Positions 9,173 to 18,688 of a stretch of DNA of 57,826 bases are shown piece by piece (the stretch's first letter is position 1; each line of letters opens with the position of its first letter). The stretch comes from an uncultured Anaerolineaceae bacterium (lineage in GTDB: Bacteria; Chloroflexota; Anaerolineae; JAAYZQ01): assembly GCA_964575225.1 (NCBI GenBank), contig CAZNQW010000002.1, positions 1 to 57,826 on the forward strand. Direction: 5' to 3'. The position numbers were made by a program, and so were the translations under genes. The notes beneath the pieces are model-generated. The model did no database searches and was not told the origin of the DNA. It was given only the letters and a program-made list of their open reading frames with translations.

Positions 9173-10873
9173 ATGATTCGAGATCAGATTGCAGAGTTGA
9201 TTCGCGATGCTGTGAAAAAGGCGCAGAGGAAAGGAAACCTGCCCAAGACCGAGATACCCGAGGTGCTCATCGAGCGGCCTCGCCGTGAATCCCACGGCGA
9301 CTATGCCACCAGCCTTCCGCTCAAGATGATCGCCGACGTCAACCGTACCCTCAAGGCCGAGGATAAATCCAAGCTATCGCCCATCGAGGTGGGACAGCGC
9401 ATTGTGCAGCGCATGGAACAGGTCCCCTACATTGGCAGTGTGGATGTGGCGCCTCCCGGATTCATCAACGTGACCCTAAGCGAGGCCTGGCTGGCTCAAC
9501 AGGTGGAGCAGATCCTGGAATCCGGTCCGCATTTCGGCCATGTCGATTTGGGAAAAGGCCGCCGGGTCCAGGTCGAATTCGGCAGCGCGAACCCCACAGG
9601 ACCGATGCACGTGGGCTTTGGTCGTAATTTGGTGCTCGGCGACTCGATTGCCAACGTGCTGGCGGCAGCCGGCTATCAGGTGCAGCGCGAGTATTATCTC
9701 AACGACGCGGGTACCCAGATGGTCAACTTTGGCAAGAGCCTGTATGTGCGCTATTGTGAGCTCCTGGGCCGTGACGGCGGCGAGCTGCCCGAGGGGGGCT
9801 ATCGGGGTGAGTATATCGTCGACTGGGCCCGCCAGATCCTGGAAAAGGAGGGCGATCGTTTTGCCGACATGCCCGAAGACGAGGCGGTCGAGCATCTGCG
9901 GGTTCTGGGCCTCGAAATCTCCTTGGACAACATCCGCCGGGACTGCGCACGGATGAACATCCATTACGATGACTGGTTCTCCGAAAAGTCCCTGTACGAT
10001 GAGGGCATATTCGACCAGATCATGAGCATCTTGCGCCAGGGCAATCACCTGTACATGACCGATGGCGCCGTCTGGTTCAATGCCCGGGCTTTGGGGGGCG
10101 ATAAGGACGAGGTCGTCATCCGCTCCGATGGCAGCCCCGGCTATTTCGCATCGGATATTGCCTATCACTATAACAAGTTTGTGCAGCGGGGTTTCGAGTG
10201 GGTTATCGATGTCTGGGGCGCCGATCATCAGGGCCACGTGCCGCGGATGAAGGCCATGATGGAGGCCCTGAATCTGGACCCAGAGTGGCTGACCCTCTAC
10301 ATCTATCAAATGGTGACCTTGCTGGAACGGGGCGAGCAGATTCGCCTGTCGAAAAGGGCCGGCACCCAGGTGGATTTGCGCGAACTCATGGACGACATCG
10401 GCCCCGACGCCATCCGCTTTTTCCTCTTGGCCCGCGCGGCCGACAGCCAGATGGAGCTGGACCTGGCCCTGGCCCGGCAACAGTCGGACGAGAACCCCGT
10501 CTACTATGTCCAGTATGGCCATGCCCGCATTGCCAGTATCCTGCGCTTTGCTGCGGAGCAGGGCCACTCGGATGAAGGGGCCGATGTCTTGTTGTTGACA
10601 CACCCTTCCGAATTGGCGCTGGTGCGCAAGATGCTGGAGCTGCCCGAAGTGGTGGCGATGGCAGCCGAAAACCTGGCCCCTCACCATCTGTCCTACTATG
10701 CTCAGGACCTGGCAGCCACCTTCCATTCCTTCTACCGGGATTGCCGGGTGGTCAGCACCGAGCCCGCCGACGCGGAGATCAGCAAGGCCAGGCTGCGCCT
10801 GGCCAAGGCCGCCCAGCTGGCTCTGGCCCGCACACTGGCGTTGATGGGCGTGGGTGCGCCCGAGAGCATGTAG
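9173..10873 (+). CDS. argS: Arginyl-tRNA synthetase
   Basis: ORF 9152..10873. ATG 9173 is preferred because GAGGAG lies 9 nt upstream; ATG 9152, which overlaps the polA stop, remains possible. Class I motif region: SANPTGPMHVGFGRN. The C-terminal anticodon-binding DALR domain is present (YVQYGHARIASILR). Confidence 0.93.
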   Translation: MIRDQIAELIRDAVKKAQRKGNLPKTEIPEVLIERPRRESHGDYATSLPLKMIADVNRTLKAEDKSKLSPIEVGQRIVQRMEQVPYIGSVDVAPPGFINVTLSEAWLAQQVEQILESGPHFGHVDLGKGRRVQVEFGSANPTGPMHVGFGRNLVLGDSIANVLAAAGYQVQREYYLNDAGTQMVNFGKSLYVRYCELLGRDGGELPEGGYRGEYIVDWARQILEKEGDRFADMPEDEAVEHLRVLGLEISLDNIRRDCARMNIHYDDWFSEKSLYDEGIFDQIMSILRQGNHLYMTDGAVWFNARALGGDKDEVVIRSDGSPGYFASDIAYHYNKFVQRGFEWVIDVWGADHQGHVPRMKAMMEALNLDPEWLTLYIYQMVTLLERGEQIRLSKRAGTQVDLRELMDDIGPDAIRFFLLARAADSQMELDLALARQQSDENPVYYVQYGHARIASILRFAAEQGHSDEGADVLLLTHPSELALVRKMLELPEVVAMAAENLAPHHLSYYAQDLAATFHSFYRDCRVVSTEPADAEISKARLRLAKAAQLALARTLALMGVGAPESM

Positions 10874-10904
10874 GCAAAAGGATAGCGCAAGGCTCGGTAG
10901 AGAT

Positions 10905-10957
10905 CGAAAAAAGAAGCACCCACCTCTGCGCTCTCGTGCAGGGGTGGGTTTCTTGTG
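10905..10957. terminator. Bidirectional intrinsic terminator between convergent argS and the 140-aa hypothetical gene
   Basis: The stem ACCCACC (10918-10924) pairs with GGTGGGT (10943-10949). It is flanked by an A-run on the left (read as TTCTTTTTTCG on the minus strand) and by TTCTTGTG on the right. Confidence 0.55.
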
Positions 10958-10969
10958 AGAGACAGGAAC

Positions 10970-11392
10970 TCAGTTGATGGAAAAGGGGACGCGTTGGGAT
11001 TCTTCCCAGATATGAGGATAGCTGTCCTCGGGCGCCTCGCGCTCCCAAAAGCCTGCCGCCAAAAACGCGTCCAATTGCGATAGGGCAAGTCCCACCAACC
11101 GGCAAAAATCCTGGAACTCGGCAGGTGCCAAGATCCATGCTATGGCCCCCTGGCGTAGCTCCAACGTGCCATCGGCGCGAGAGACGAGGCTTGGGTCGTG
11201 GCTGGTGGCTCGGGCGGGGGGAACATCGTCGACGGCCTGCTCCAACAGATGCCCCAGGTGCCGGAACTCGTCCCGGCTCATGCGGACGGTCGCCCGGTCC
11301 CAGGTCAAGTGGATGAGGCCGTGCCCACAGGCCATGATAAAGTGCTGGTCGTCGATTTGCGCCAGCCTCAAGATTTGAGGAGTCTTTCTCAT
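10970..11392 (-). CDS. Hypothetical protein (140 aa), no recognisable motif
   Basis: ORF 10970..11434. Start set at ATG 11392 (MRKTPQILRL), preceded by GGGGGAGCAGG. It has its own promoter-like element and a downstream terminator. Confidence 0.5.
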   Translation of the reverse strand: MRKTPQILRLAQIDDQHFIMACGHGLIHLTWDRATVRMSRDEFRHLGHLLEQAVDDVPPARATSHDPSLVSRADGTLELRQGAIAWILAPAEFQDFCRLVGLALSQLDAFLAAGFWEREAPEDSYPHIWEESQRVPFSIN

Positions 11393-11447
11393 CCTGCTCC
11401 CCCGATCCTGCCAGGATCTTGGATCGTGCCCCAATCAACGCAACTCT

Positions 11448-11476
11448 ATTGTACCCGAATGTTGGGTCTGATGCAA
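11448..11476 (-). promoter_or_regulatory. Sigma70-like promoter (TTGCAT-17 nt-TACAAT) for the 140-aa hypothetical gene
   Basis: Minus strand: -35 TTGCAT (comp. 11471-11476) and -10 TACAAT (comp. 11448-11453), with 17-nt spacing. Confidence 0.4.
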
Positions 11477-11713
11477 ACGGCCAAGCGGTGGCCTCAAGGC
11501 GGCGAATGCGGTCACCTGCGAATTGACAGCAGGGTTGTTGTGTTGCCTCTAGACGGCTTACTGCTTGCTCTGCAAGCTCGCGCGGGAGCGGGTGCAACCT
11601 TTGGTTGTCAAGCGCGCCTGGGGCTCAGATCGCCAGATCCAGGCCGGGCGAATGGGCAATGTAGCGCGAAGGAACTGCCAAAATGAGAATGGCTGAACCG
11701 ACGGGCCGGTACA

Positions 11714-11742
11714 TTGACAATCGGCTTCTTTTCGAATATACT
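11714..11742 (+). promoter_or_regulatory. Sigma70-like promoter (TTGACA-17 nt-TATACT) for the hpt-ade-purA block
   Basis: -35 TTGACA at 11714-11719 and -10 TATACT at 11737-11742, with 17-nt spacing, 54 nt upstream of the hpt ATG. Confidence 0.5.
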
Positions 11743-11795
11743 CTCAACGGTTCTACCACGGGAGGTAATGCCTGCGCAAAGGAGCAGTGGACGGT

Positions 11796-12611
11796 ATGAG
11801 AGACGATATTGCCGAAGTGTTGGTTTCAGAAGAGGCGATCCGGGCCCGAGTCCAGGAACTGGGCGCGCAGATCTCGGCGGATTATCGGGACAAGGTGGGA
11901 TCAAAGGCTCCGCTGGTCCTGGTGGGGCTGCTGCGGGGGGCCATCGTCTTTCTTTCCGATCTGATGCGCACCATCGATATACCGATTCACCTGGATTTCA
12001 TCGGCATCTCCAGCTATGGGATGAACACAGAAAGCGGTGCGGTCCGGTTGGTTATGGATTTGGAGACCGACATCGCTGGCCGCCATGTGGTGATCGTTGA
12101 GGACATTGTCGACACCGGCAAAACCCTCTCCTACCTGATGGCCACTCTCAAGGCGCGCCACCCCGCCAGCCTCAAGATAGCCGCCCTTTTGGACAAACCG
12201 GGCCGGCGCCAGGCGCCCATTGAAGTGGACTATGGGGGTTTCGAAATTCCCGACAAGTTTGTCGTGGGCTATGGTTTGGACTTTGCCGAGGGGTATCGCA
12301 ATCTGCCCTTTGTGGGCGTGCTCAAAGAGCACCTGTACAAAGAGGTGTTGATGCGCGAGGCCATCCTCCGCCAGATGGGCAATTACCTGACGCGGGCGAT
12401 CAGCCTGGAGACGTTGGTCCGATGGACGCAGGACACTCTGTCGTCGGGCGATCTGTCACCTGACGACGCATCGCTCCTTCGGGATTTGCTGGCCCGGGCC
12501 GGTACGCCGGGCGACGAAGGTTTTGGGTTGACCATGGAGGATTGTGCACTCCTCCTGGGTCGGTTGGGGCAGGAGCTGCGGGTCAGTACCGGGCCTCTGA
12601 CCCGTCGATAA
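11796..12611 (+). CDS. hpt: Hypoxanthine(-guanine) phosphoribosyltransferase with an extra C-terminal extension of about 88 aa
   Basis: ATG 11796 follows AAGGAG. The PRPP-binding motif is VVIVEDIVDTGKTLSYL, and FVVGYGLDFAEGYRNLPFVGVLK is typical of the Hpt C-terminus. The reading frame then continues for about 88 codons with no stop. Confidence 0.85.
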   Translation: MRDDIAEVLVSEEAIRARVQELGAQISADYRDKVGSKAPLVLVGLLRGAIVFLSDLMRTIDIPIHLDFIGISSYGMNTESGAVRLVMDLETDIAGRHVVIVEDIVDTGKTLSYLMATLKARHPASLKIAALLDKPGRRQAPIEVDYGGFEIPDKFVVGYGLDFAEGYRNLPFVGVLKEHLYKEVLMREAILRQMGNYLTRAISLETLVRWTQDTLSSGDLSPDDASLLRDLLARAGTPGDEGFGLTMEDCALLLGRLGQELRVSTGPLTRR

Positions 12612-12623
12612 GGGAGGAATCCA

Positions 12624-14330
12624 ATGACGTTGGATACTCGGATCGCGGCGGCCCGGGGCGAAGTGCCGGTCGATTTGCTGCTCAAGGATGCTCGACTGGT
12701 CAATGTGATCTCGGGCGAAGTGCATGCTGCCGATATTGCCATCCATGAGGGCAGAGTCGTGGGTTTTGGAGCCTACGAGGCACACCAGGTGGTGGATCTG
12801 AACGGTCGTTTCGTGTGCCCCGGGTTTATGGACGCCCACGTGCACCTGGAAAGCTCGATGGTTCAGCCTTCAGAATTTGCCCGCGCTGTGGTTCCCAAGG
12901 GCACGACGGGTGTCGTCTGCGACCCTCACGAGATCGCCAACGTGCTCGGCCTGGAGGGAGTCCGTTACATGCTGGCTGCCAGCGAGGGGTTGCCGTTGCG
13001 CGTCTATGTCATGGCTCCCTCGTGTGTGCCCGCCACCCACATGGAGTCGGCGGGGGCGATCCTCACCGCCGACGATATCGCTTCGCTGTGGGAACACGAG
13101 CGGGTGTTGGGGTTGGCAGAGATGATGAACTTTCCCGGCGTGCTCTTTCGCGTGCCCGAAGTATTGGCCAAGATCCAGGCCGCCGGGTCCAGGCCTGTGG
13201 ATGGGCATGCCCCCGGTCTCTCGGGCCTGGATCTCAATGCCTACATCACAGCGGGCGTCCGCTCGGATCACGAGTGCACTGACCTGGAGGAGGCCCGCGA
13301 GAAACTGCGCCGGGGTATGCACATCATGATCCGCGAGGGTACGACGGCCCGCAACCTGCAGGCTCTCCTTCCGCTGGTCACTGCCGAGAATGCGTTCTTT
13401 TGCCATTTTTGCACCGACGATCGCCATCCCGATACGCTTCTCAGCGAGGGCCACATCGATAGCATTGTGCGTGAGGCGATTGCCTGGGGATTGTCGCCGG
13501 TGATGGCCATTCAGATGGCCACGATCCACACGGCTCACTACTTTGGCTTGCAGAATCAGGGCGCGGTGGCCCCTGGGTATTGGGCGGATCTGTTGGTGCT
13601 GGACGATCTGGAAACGGTCCGGATCTCAAAGGTGTATGCCGGCGGGCAACTGGTCGCTCAGGAGGGCAAGGCGCTCTTTGACCGGGGGCCGCAGTCTCCG
13701 GTACCGCTCCCGTCCAGCGTCCGGGTGGATGCCGGGGCATTGGACCTGACCCTGGCGGTGGGCGAGGGTACGGCGCGCGTGATCGGCGTGATTCCGGGCC
13801 AGATCGTCACCGAGGACCTGCGCCTGGAGCCGACCGTTCGAGATGGCAAGGTGGTGTCGGATCCGGCGCGCGATATCCTCAAGATGGCCGTCATCGAGCG
13901 GTATCGTGGCACGGGCCAGGTGGGCGTGGGGTTGGTCAAGGGAATCGGCTTGAAGCAGGGGGCCATCGCCTCTAGCGTGGCCCACGATTCGCACAATATT
14001 GTGGTCATTGGCACCAACGATGGCGATATGCGCGCCGCCGCAGCGGCCATCGTGGAGATGCAAGGCGGACAGGTGGTCGTGATGGATGGCCAAGTCACGG
14101 CGGCCTGCCCATTGCCGATTGCCGGCCTGATGTCCGACCGGCCTCTGGAGGAGGTGCGGCAGCAGGTGGAGGCCCTCACAGAGGCCGCCCGGGCGCAGGG
14201 GTGCGTTCTGGAAGATCCGCTGATGACTATGTCCTTCTTGGCGCTGCCGGTGATCCCTGTCCTCAAACTGACCGACCTGGGGTTGGTGGACGTGACCCGG
14301 TTCAGCCTGGTACCGGTTTTTGGCGACTAG
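12624..14330 (+). CDS. ade: Adenine deaminase
   Basis: The N-terminus reads ARGEVPVDLLLKDARLVNVISGEVHAADIAIHEGRVVGFG...CPGFMDAHVHLESSM, an amidohydrolase HxH metal site. The 568-aa length is typical of Ade. AGGGAGGAA precedes the ATG. Confidence 0.9.
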   Translation: MTLDTRIAAARGEVPVDLLLKDARLVNVISGEVHAADIAIHEGRVVGFGAYEAHQVVDLNGRFVCPGFMDAHVHLESSMVQPSEFARAVVPKGTTGVVCDPHEIANVLGLEGVRYMLAASEGLPLRVYVMAPSCVPATHMESAGAILTADDIASLWEHERVLGLAEMMNFPGVLFRVPEVLAKIQAAGSRPVDGHAPGLSGLDLNAYITAGVRSDHECTDLEEAREKLRRGMHIMIREGTTARNLQALLPLVTAENAFFCHFCTDDRHPDTLLSEGHIDSIVREAIAWGLSPVMAIQMATIHTAHYFGLQNQGAVAPGYWADLLVLDDLETVRISKVYAGGQLVAQEGKALFDRGPQSPVPLPSSVRVDAGALDLTLAVGEGTARVIGVIPGQIVTEDLRLEPTVRDGKVVSDPARDILKMAVIERYRGTGQVGVGLVKGIGLKQGAIASSVAHDSHNIVVIGTNDGDMRAAAAAIVEMQGGQVVVMDGQVTAACPLPIAGLMSDRPLEEVRQQVEALTEAARAQGCVLEDPLMTMSFLALPVIPVLKLTDLGLVDVTRFSLVPVFGD

Positions 14331-14409
14331 CCGGTCGGAAGGATGCCTGCCAGGTTTGTCGAAAATCGGACTATAGAACTCGTATGATAGAGATGGAAAG
14401 GAGCATCGA

Positions 14410-15702
14410 ATGGCAGTAGCCGTGATTCTTGGCGCACAATGGGGAGATGAGGGGAAGGGCAAGATCACTGACTTGATGGCGGCCGAAGCCGACGTGGTTG
14501 CGCGCTTTGGCGGAGGGGACAATGCCGGGCACACCGTCACTGTGGGTACCGAGCGCTTTGCCCTCCATCTGATCCCGTCGGGGATTCTCTATCCACTGGT
14601 CACCTGCTTGCTCGGTGGAGGGATGGTGGTCAATCCCAAAAAACTGCTGGCCGAAATGGATGGGTTGGCAGCGCGAGGGGTTGATGTATCGCCGTCGCGC
14701 CTAAAGCTCAGTGGGCTGGCGCACCTGATCCTGCCCTATCACCTGGCCCTGGATGAGGCTGCCGAGGAGGTCCTCCGCGGGTCGGCCATTGGCACCACAC
14801 GCCGTGGGATCGGCCCGGCCTATACGGACAAGGCGGCGCGGACCGGCATTCGCGCTCAGGAAATGCTTCACTCACCGGAGCAGTTTGCAAACCGCATCCG
14901 CGAACAGGCGCAGGCCAAAAACCTGATTCTGGAAAAGGTGTACGGTCGACCCCCTCTGGATGCGGATGCCATTGTGGAAGACTATGCCGGCTATGCCCGG
15001 CGGTTGGCTCCTCATGTGGCCGATGTCTCGGATTTTCTGGAGAGGGCAATTCGCTCGCGCAAGCGCATTCTGGCTGAGGGTGCTCAGGGTGCTTTGCTCG
15101 ATCTGGATCACGGGTCTTACCCCTATGTCACCAGCTCTTACCCGACCATCGGCGGTGTGATGATTGGCCTGGGTATGGGCCCTCAGTATATCGATCGGGT
15201 GGTGGGGGTGGTCAAGGCCTACCAGACCCGTGTGGGCGCAGGCCCCATGCCCACCGAGCTGACCGGCGAGTTGGGCGATCGATTGCGGGGCACCGGCTCC
15301 CAACCCTGGGATGAATTTGGAACGACCACCGGCCGGCCTCGCCGTTGTGGCTGGCTCGACGCTGTGGCGCTGCGTTATGCTTCGCGCATCAATGGATTGA
15401 CCGAGCTGGCGATCACCAAACTGGATATTCTTTCACGGTTCGAGTCGATTCAGGTGTGTGTTGCGTACGATCTGGATGGGCAGCGGATCGAGAGCCTGCC
15501 CACCGACCTGAGCGTCCTGGCTCGTTGCCTGCCGATCTATGAAGCGTTGCCGGGCTGGCAGTCGGATATCGAGCAGATTGCCAAATTTGAAGAATTGCCG
15601 CGGGCGGCCCGTGGGTACGTAGAGTTTATCGAGGAGCTTGTGGGTGTCCCTGCCAGCTTTATTTCGGTGGGTCCAGGCCGCGATCAGACCATTCGGCGGT
15701 GA
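14410..15702 (+). CDS. purA: Adenylosuccinate synthetase
   Basis: AVILGAQWGDEGKGKITD P-loop, GGDNAGHTV, TTRRGIGPAY and GTTTGRPRRCGWLD motifs are all present. Confidence 0.96.
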   Translation: MAVAVILGAQWGDEGKGKITDLMAAEADVVARFGGGDNAGHTVTVGTERFALHLIPSGILYPLVTCLLGGGMVVNPKKLLAEMDGLAARGVDVSPSRLKLSGLAHLILPYHLALDEAAEEVLRGSAIGTTRRGIGPAYTDKAARTGIRAQEMLHSPEQFANRIREQAQAKNLILEKVYGRPPLDADAIVEDYAGYARRLAPHVADVSDFLERAIRSRKRILAEGAQGALLDLDHGSYPYVTSSYPTIGGVMIGLGMGPQYIDRVVGVVKAYQTRVGAGPMPTELTGELGDRLRGTGSQPWDEFGTTTGRPRRCGWLDAVALRYASRINGLTELAITKLDILSRFESIQVCVAYDLDGQRIESLPTDLSVLARCLPIYEALPGWQSDIEQIAKFEELPRAARGYVEFIEELVGVPASFISVGPGRDQTIRR

Positions 15703-15707
15703 TAGAC

Positions 15708-17048
15708 ATGTCCACTGAAGGCCGATCTTCCTTGTGGGCGTTGGTCCTGGTACAGGTGCTGGCCATTGGCGTCGTCGTGTTGGCCCTGGCTGGGTGCGAT
15801 TCCGTGGCGATTTCGCCCACGACGGCGGCGGGAGGGGATACGGTGGTACCTCCGACCGTCCAGCTGCCCCCCCAGCAAACTCAGGCGGTCGATGCGACTC
15901 CCGCACCGGAGGTGATCACCCTGACGGTGTGGACCACCGAACTCTTTTCACCGACTCGCACATTTACCGCTGGGCAGATTCTGACGCAACAAGTCGTTCA
16001 GTTCGAGGAAGCCCATGCCGACGCGGCTTTGGAATTTGTGGTCAAAAAGCCTCATGGCAAAGGTGGGATCCTGGACTATCTGTTAACCACCCAGTCGGTG
16101 GTGCCAGAGCTGCTGCCCGATCTGGTCTTGATCGATATCGACGAGCTTGGTACGGCAGCCCAAGCAGGGCTGCTCCAGCCCTTTGACGATTGGGCGCCCT
16201 CTGAACTGACAGAGGACCTGTATCCGGCCATCCGACAATCCACCAGCTACGACGGACGGCTGTATGGGCTTCAGCTCTTCGCCGATCTGGAACACCTCGT
16301 CTATAATACGGGCAAGCTGACTGTGCCCCCGCGTTCATGGCCCGGCGTTCTGAGCAATCCTGGGCCGTACGTCTTTCCCGCGGGAGGCGAGGCAGGCCTG
16401 GCAAACGATGCTTTTTGGATCCAATACCTGGCGGTGGCTTCTGAATCCCCCGATGCCTTGGAGACCCAGACGGCGCTGGACGAAAAAAGCCTGGTGAGTG
16501 TGTTTCAGTATTACCAAGAGGGCCTCATGCGAGGGATCTTTCCGATCGCGATCCAGAGCTATCACGGGGTGGATGACTGTTGGAAGCAGTACCAGGCTGG
16601 CGCTGCCGCTCTCTCGCACGTTAGCTCTCATCTTTACCTGAGTGACCGTGATGGGGGCGTCGGCACAACCGCGGCGTTGATCCCGGGCAGCAGTGGTCCG
16701 GCGGCGTCCATCAACCAAGGGTGGGCTCTGGCTCTGGTCACGAGCGACCCGGTGCGCCAGGCGCTGGCGTCTGACTTTGCCCTACAGATGATGGCTCCCG
16801 AAGTCCATGCGGCTTGGAACCGATCTGTCCGGTATCTGCCGACCCGTCAAGCCACGTGGGCCGAGTGGGATCGGCAGGATAGCTATGTTCCGTTAGCTCA
16901 GCAGTTGTTGCAGGCCGCCCAACCCCGGCTGCGGTGGTCGAACTCGACTCAGGTTTCGGCGGCGGTGCAGGAAGCGATCGAGAATGTGCTGACCCGATCT
17001 TGGACGCCTGAAGAAGCGGCTGAGTGGGTCATCCAAGAGATCGATTGA
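15708..17048 (+). CDS. Extracellular solute-binding lipoprotein (ABC transporter SBP family 1-like), orphan
   Basis: The signal peptide carries a lipobox (VVVLALAGCDS). The MalE-like SBP pattern is present (LTVWTTE..., YDGRLYGLQLFADLEHLVYN). No permease or ATPase genes lie nearby. GTG 15699, overlapping the purA stop, is an alternative start. Confidence 0.7.
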   Translation: MSTEGRSSLWALVLVQVLAIGVVVLALAGCDSVAISPTTAAGGDTVVPPTVQLPPQQTQAVDATPAPEVITLTVWTTELFSPTRTFTAGQILTQQVVQFEEAHADAALEFVVKKPHGKGGILDYLLTTQSVVPELLPDLVLIDIDELGTAAQAGLLQPFDDWAPSELTEDLYPAIRQSTSYDGRLYGLQLFADLEHLVYNTGKLTVPPRSWPGVLSNPGPYVFPAGGEAGLANDAFWIQYLAVASESPDALETQTALDEKSLVSVFQYYQEGLMRGIFPIAIQSYHGVDDCWKQYQAGAAALSHVSSHLYLSDRDGGVGTTAALIPGSSGPAASINQGWALALVTSDPVRQALASDFALQMMAPEVHAAWNRSVRYLPTRQATWAEWDRQDSYVPLAQQLLQAAQPRLRWSNSTQVSAAVQEAIENVLTRSWTPEEAAEWVIQEID

Positions 17049-17119
17049 GAATACCCTGGCGATCACCCCTCTCTTTGCTGGAGCCGTAGGCTCAACGAAA
17101 AACGTGCGTTGGAGGACTA

Positions 17120-18553
17120 ATGAGTATTCGTTTTGGAACCGATGGCTGGCGCGCGGTTATCTCGGACACGTTCACCTACAACAATCTGCGCATGGTGGCC
17201 CAAGCCATTGCTGACTATGTGCGCATGGAGGGGGATAACGGTCCCGACCCCGAAGTCGTCATTGGTTTTGACACGCGGTTTCTATCCGATCGATATGCCA
17301 CCGAGGTGGCGCGGGTCATGGCAGGCAATGGCATTGTGGCCTGGCTGACACGTGCCGATGCGCCCACGCCAGCCCTCTCCTATAGCGTTGTAGACAAAAA
17401 GGCCGCTGCCGGTGTTATGATCACGGCTAGCCATAATCCACCTCGCTACAACGGTGTCAAGCTCAAAGCGTCCTATGGGGGCGCCGCTTCGCCTCAGCAG
17501 GCGCGGCGGGTCGAGCACTATTTGGAAGAAGCCGAGGCTCAGGCGCGCGGGCCCAACATCATGGACTACCAGCGTGCCCTGGATATGGACCTCATCCGTC
17601 GTTTTGATCCGGCGTGGGCCTACTATGGGCATTTGGCTACGTTGGTCGACCTGGATGTGATTTCGAGCGGCGAACTTCGGATCGTGGCCGATGCCATGTA
17701 TGGCTCGGGTCGCGGCTGCATCGGAGAAATGCTGTCGCGAACTCGGTGCCACGTTCACGAAATTCGAGCCGACATGAACCCAGGCTTTGGTGGAATTCAC
17801 CCTGAGCCTATCGCTCGCTATTTGAACGCGCTGGTCGCCGCCATGCAGACCTGGCACGCTGATGTGGGTTTGGCCACCGATGGCGATGCGGACCGGATTG
17901 GCGCCATGGATGCCCACGGCAACTTTGTCGATCCCCACCACATCTTTGCGTTGGCGTTGCGCTACCTGGTGGAAAAGCGCAAAGGGACGGGTACGGTGGT
18001 CAAGACGGTGTCTACGACCATGATGATCGACCGGCTGGCGCAGAAATATGGGCTGCCCCTCAAGGAAACGCCGGTCGGCTTTAATCATATCGCCGATTAT
18101 ATGCTCCAGGAGGATGTGCTGATTGGCGGCGAAGAGTCGGGTGGGATCGGGATCAAGGGGCATATCCCCGAGGGAGATGGAGTCCTGATGGGGTTGCTGC
18201 TGTTAGAGATCATTGCGGATGCGGGTGTGCCCTTGCACGAACTCATCGCCGATTTGCAGCAGCAGGTCGGCCCCACCTGTTATGCCCGAACCGATCTCCG
18301 CTTGCGTCATCCAGTGAGCAAGTCGGACATGGTTGCCCGGTTGGTGGATGGGGCGCCTGCTACCATCGGCGGCATGTCGGTTCAGGCGGTGGACACCCTC
18401 GACGGCGTCAAGTACCGGTTGGACGGAGATGGCTGGCTGCTGATCCGTCCTTCGGGCACCGAGCCCGTTTTGCGCGTCTATGCCGAGGCGCCGACGGATC
18501 GGGATGTAAAGGCGCTCCTGTGTTACGGGGAAGAGGTCGCGGCTACCGAGTGA
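17120..18553 (+). CDS. Phosphoglucomutase/phosphomannomutase family protein (alpha-D-phosphohexomutase)
   Basis: FGTDGWRA; active-site Ser loop TASHNPPRYNGVK; Mg loop ATDGDADRIGA; sugar loop GGEESGGIG. GGAGGA precedes the ATG. Confidence 0.9.
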   Translation: MSIRFGTDGWRAVISDTFTYNNLRMVAQAIADYVRMEGDNGPDPEVVIGFDTRFLSDRYATEVARVMAGNGIVAWLTRADAPTPALSYSVVDKKAAAGVMITASHNPPRYNGVKLKASYGGAASPQQARRVEHYLEEAEAQARGPNIMDYQRALDMDLIRRFDPAWAYYGHLATLVDLDVISSGELRIVADAMYGSGRGCIGEMLSRTRCHVHEIRADMNPGFGGIHPEPIARYLNALVAAMQTWHADVGLATDGDADRIGAMDAHGNFVDPHHIFALALRYLVEKRKGTGTVVKTVSTTMMIDRLAQKYGLPLKETPVGFNHIADYMLQEDVLIGGEESGGIGIKGHIPEGDGVLMGLLLLEIIADAGVPLHELIADLQQQVGPTCYARTDLRLRHPVSKSDMVARLVDGAPATIGGMSVQAVDTLDGVKYRLDGDGWLLIRPSGTEPVLRVYAEAPTDRDVKALLCYGEEVAATE

Positions 18554-18651
18554 GTGCATGTGCCTGGAAAAAGAGGCCTGTGTTGGGAGGGTGTCTCGAG
18601 GCCTTTCTGGGCGGTGCCGCTTATGACATTGGGATGCAAGGGACAAACCAA

Positions 18652-18688
18652 GCCTCGCTGGGGACTGCTCCGGCGAGGCCGCTTTTTT
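18652..18688. terminator. Intrinsic terminator after the phosphohexomutase gene (probably bidirectional)
   Basis: The stem GCCTCGC (18652-18658) pairs with GCGAGGC (18673-18679), followed by CGCTTTTTTAA. On the minus strand the stem is followed by TTGGTTTGT. Confidence 0.55.
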
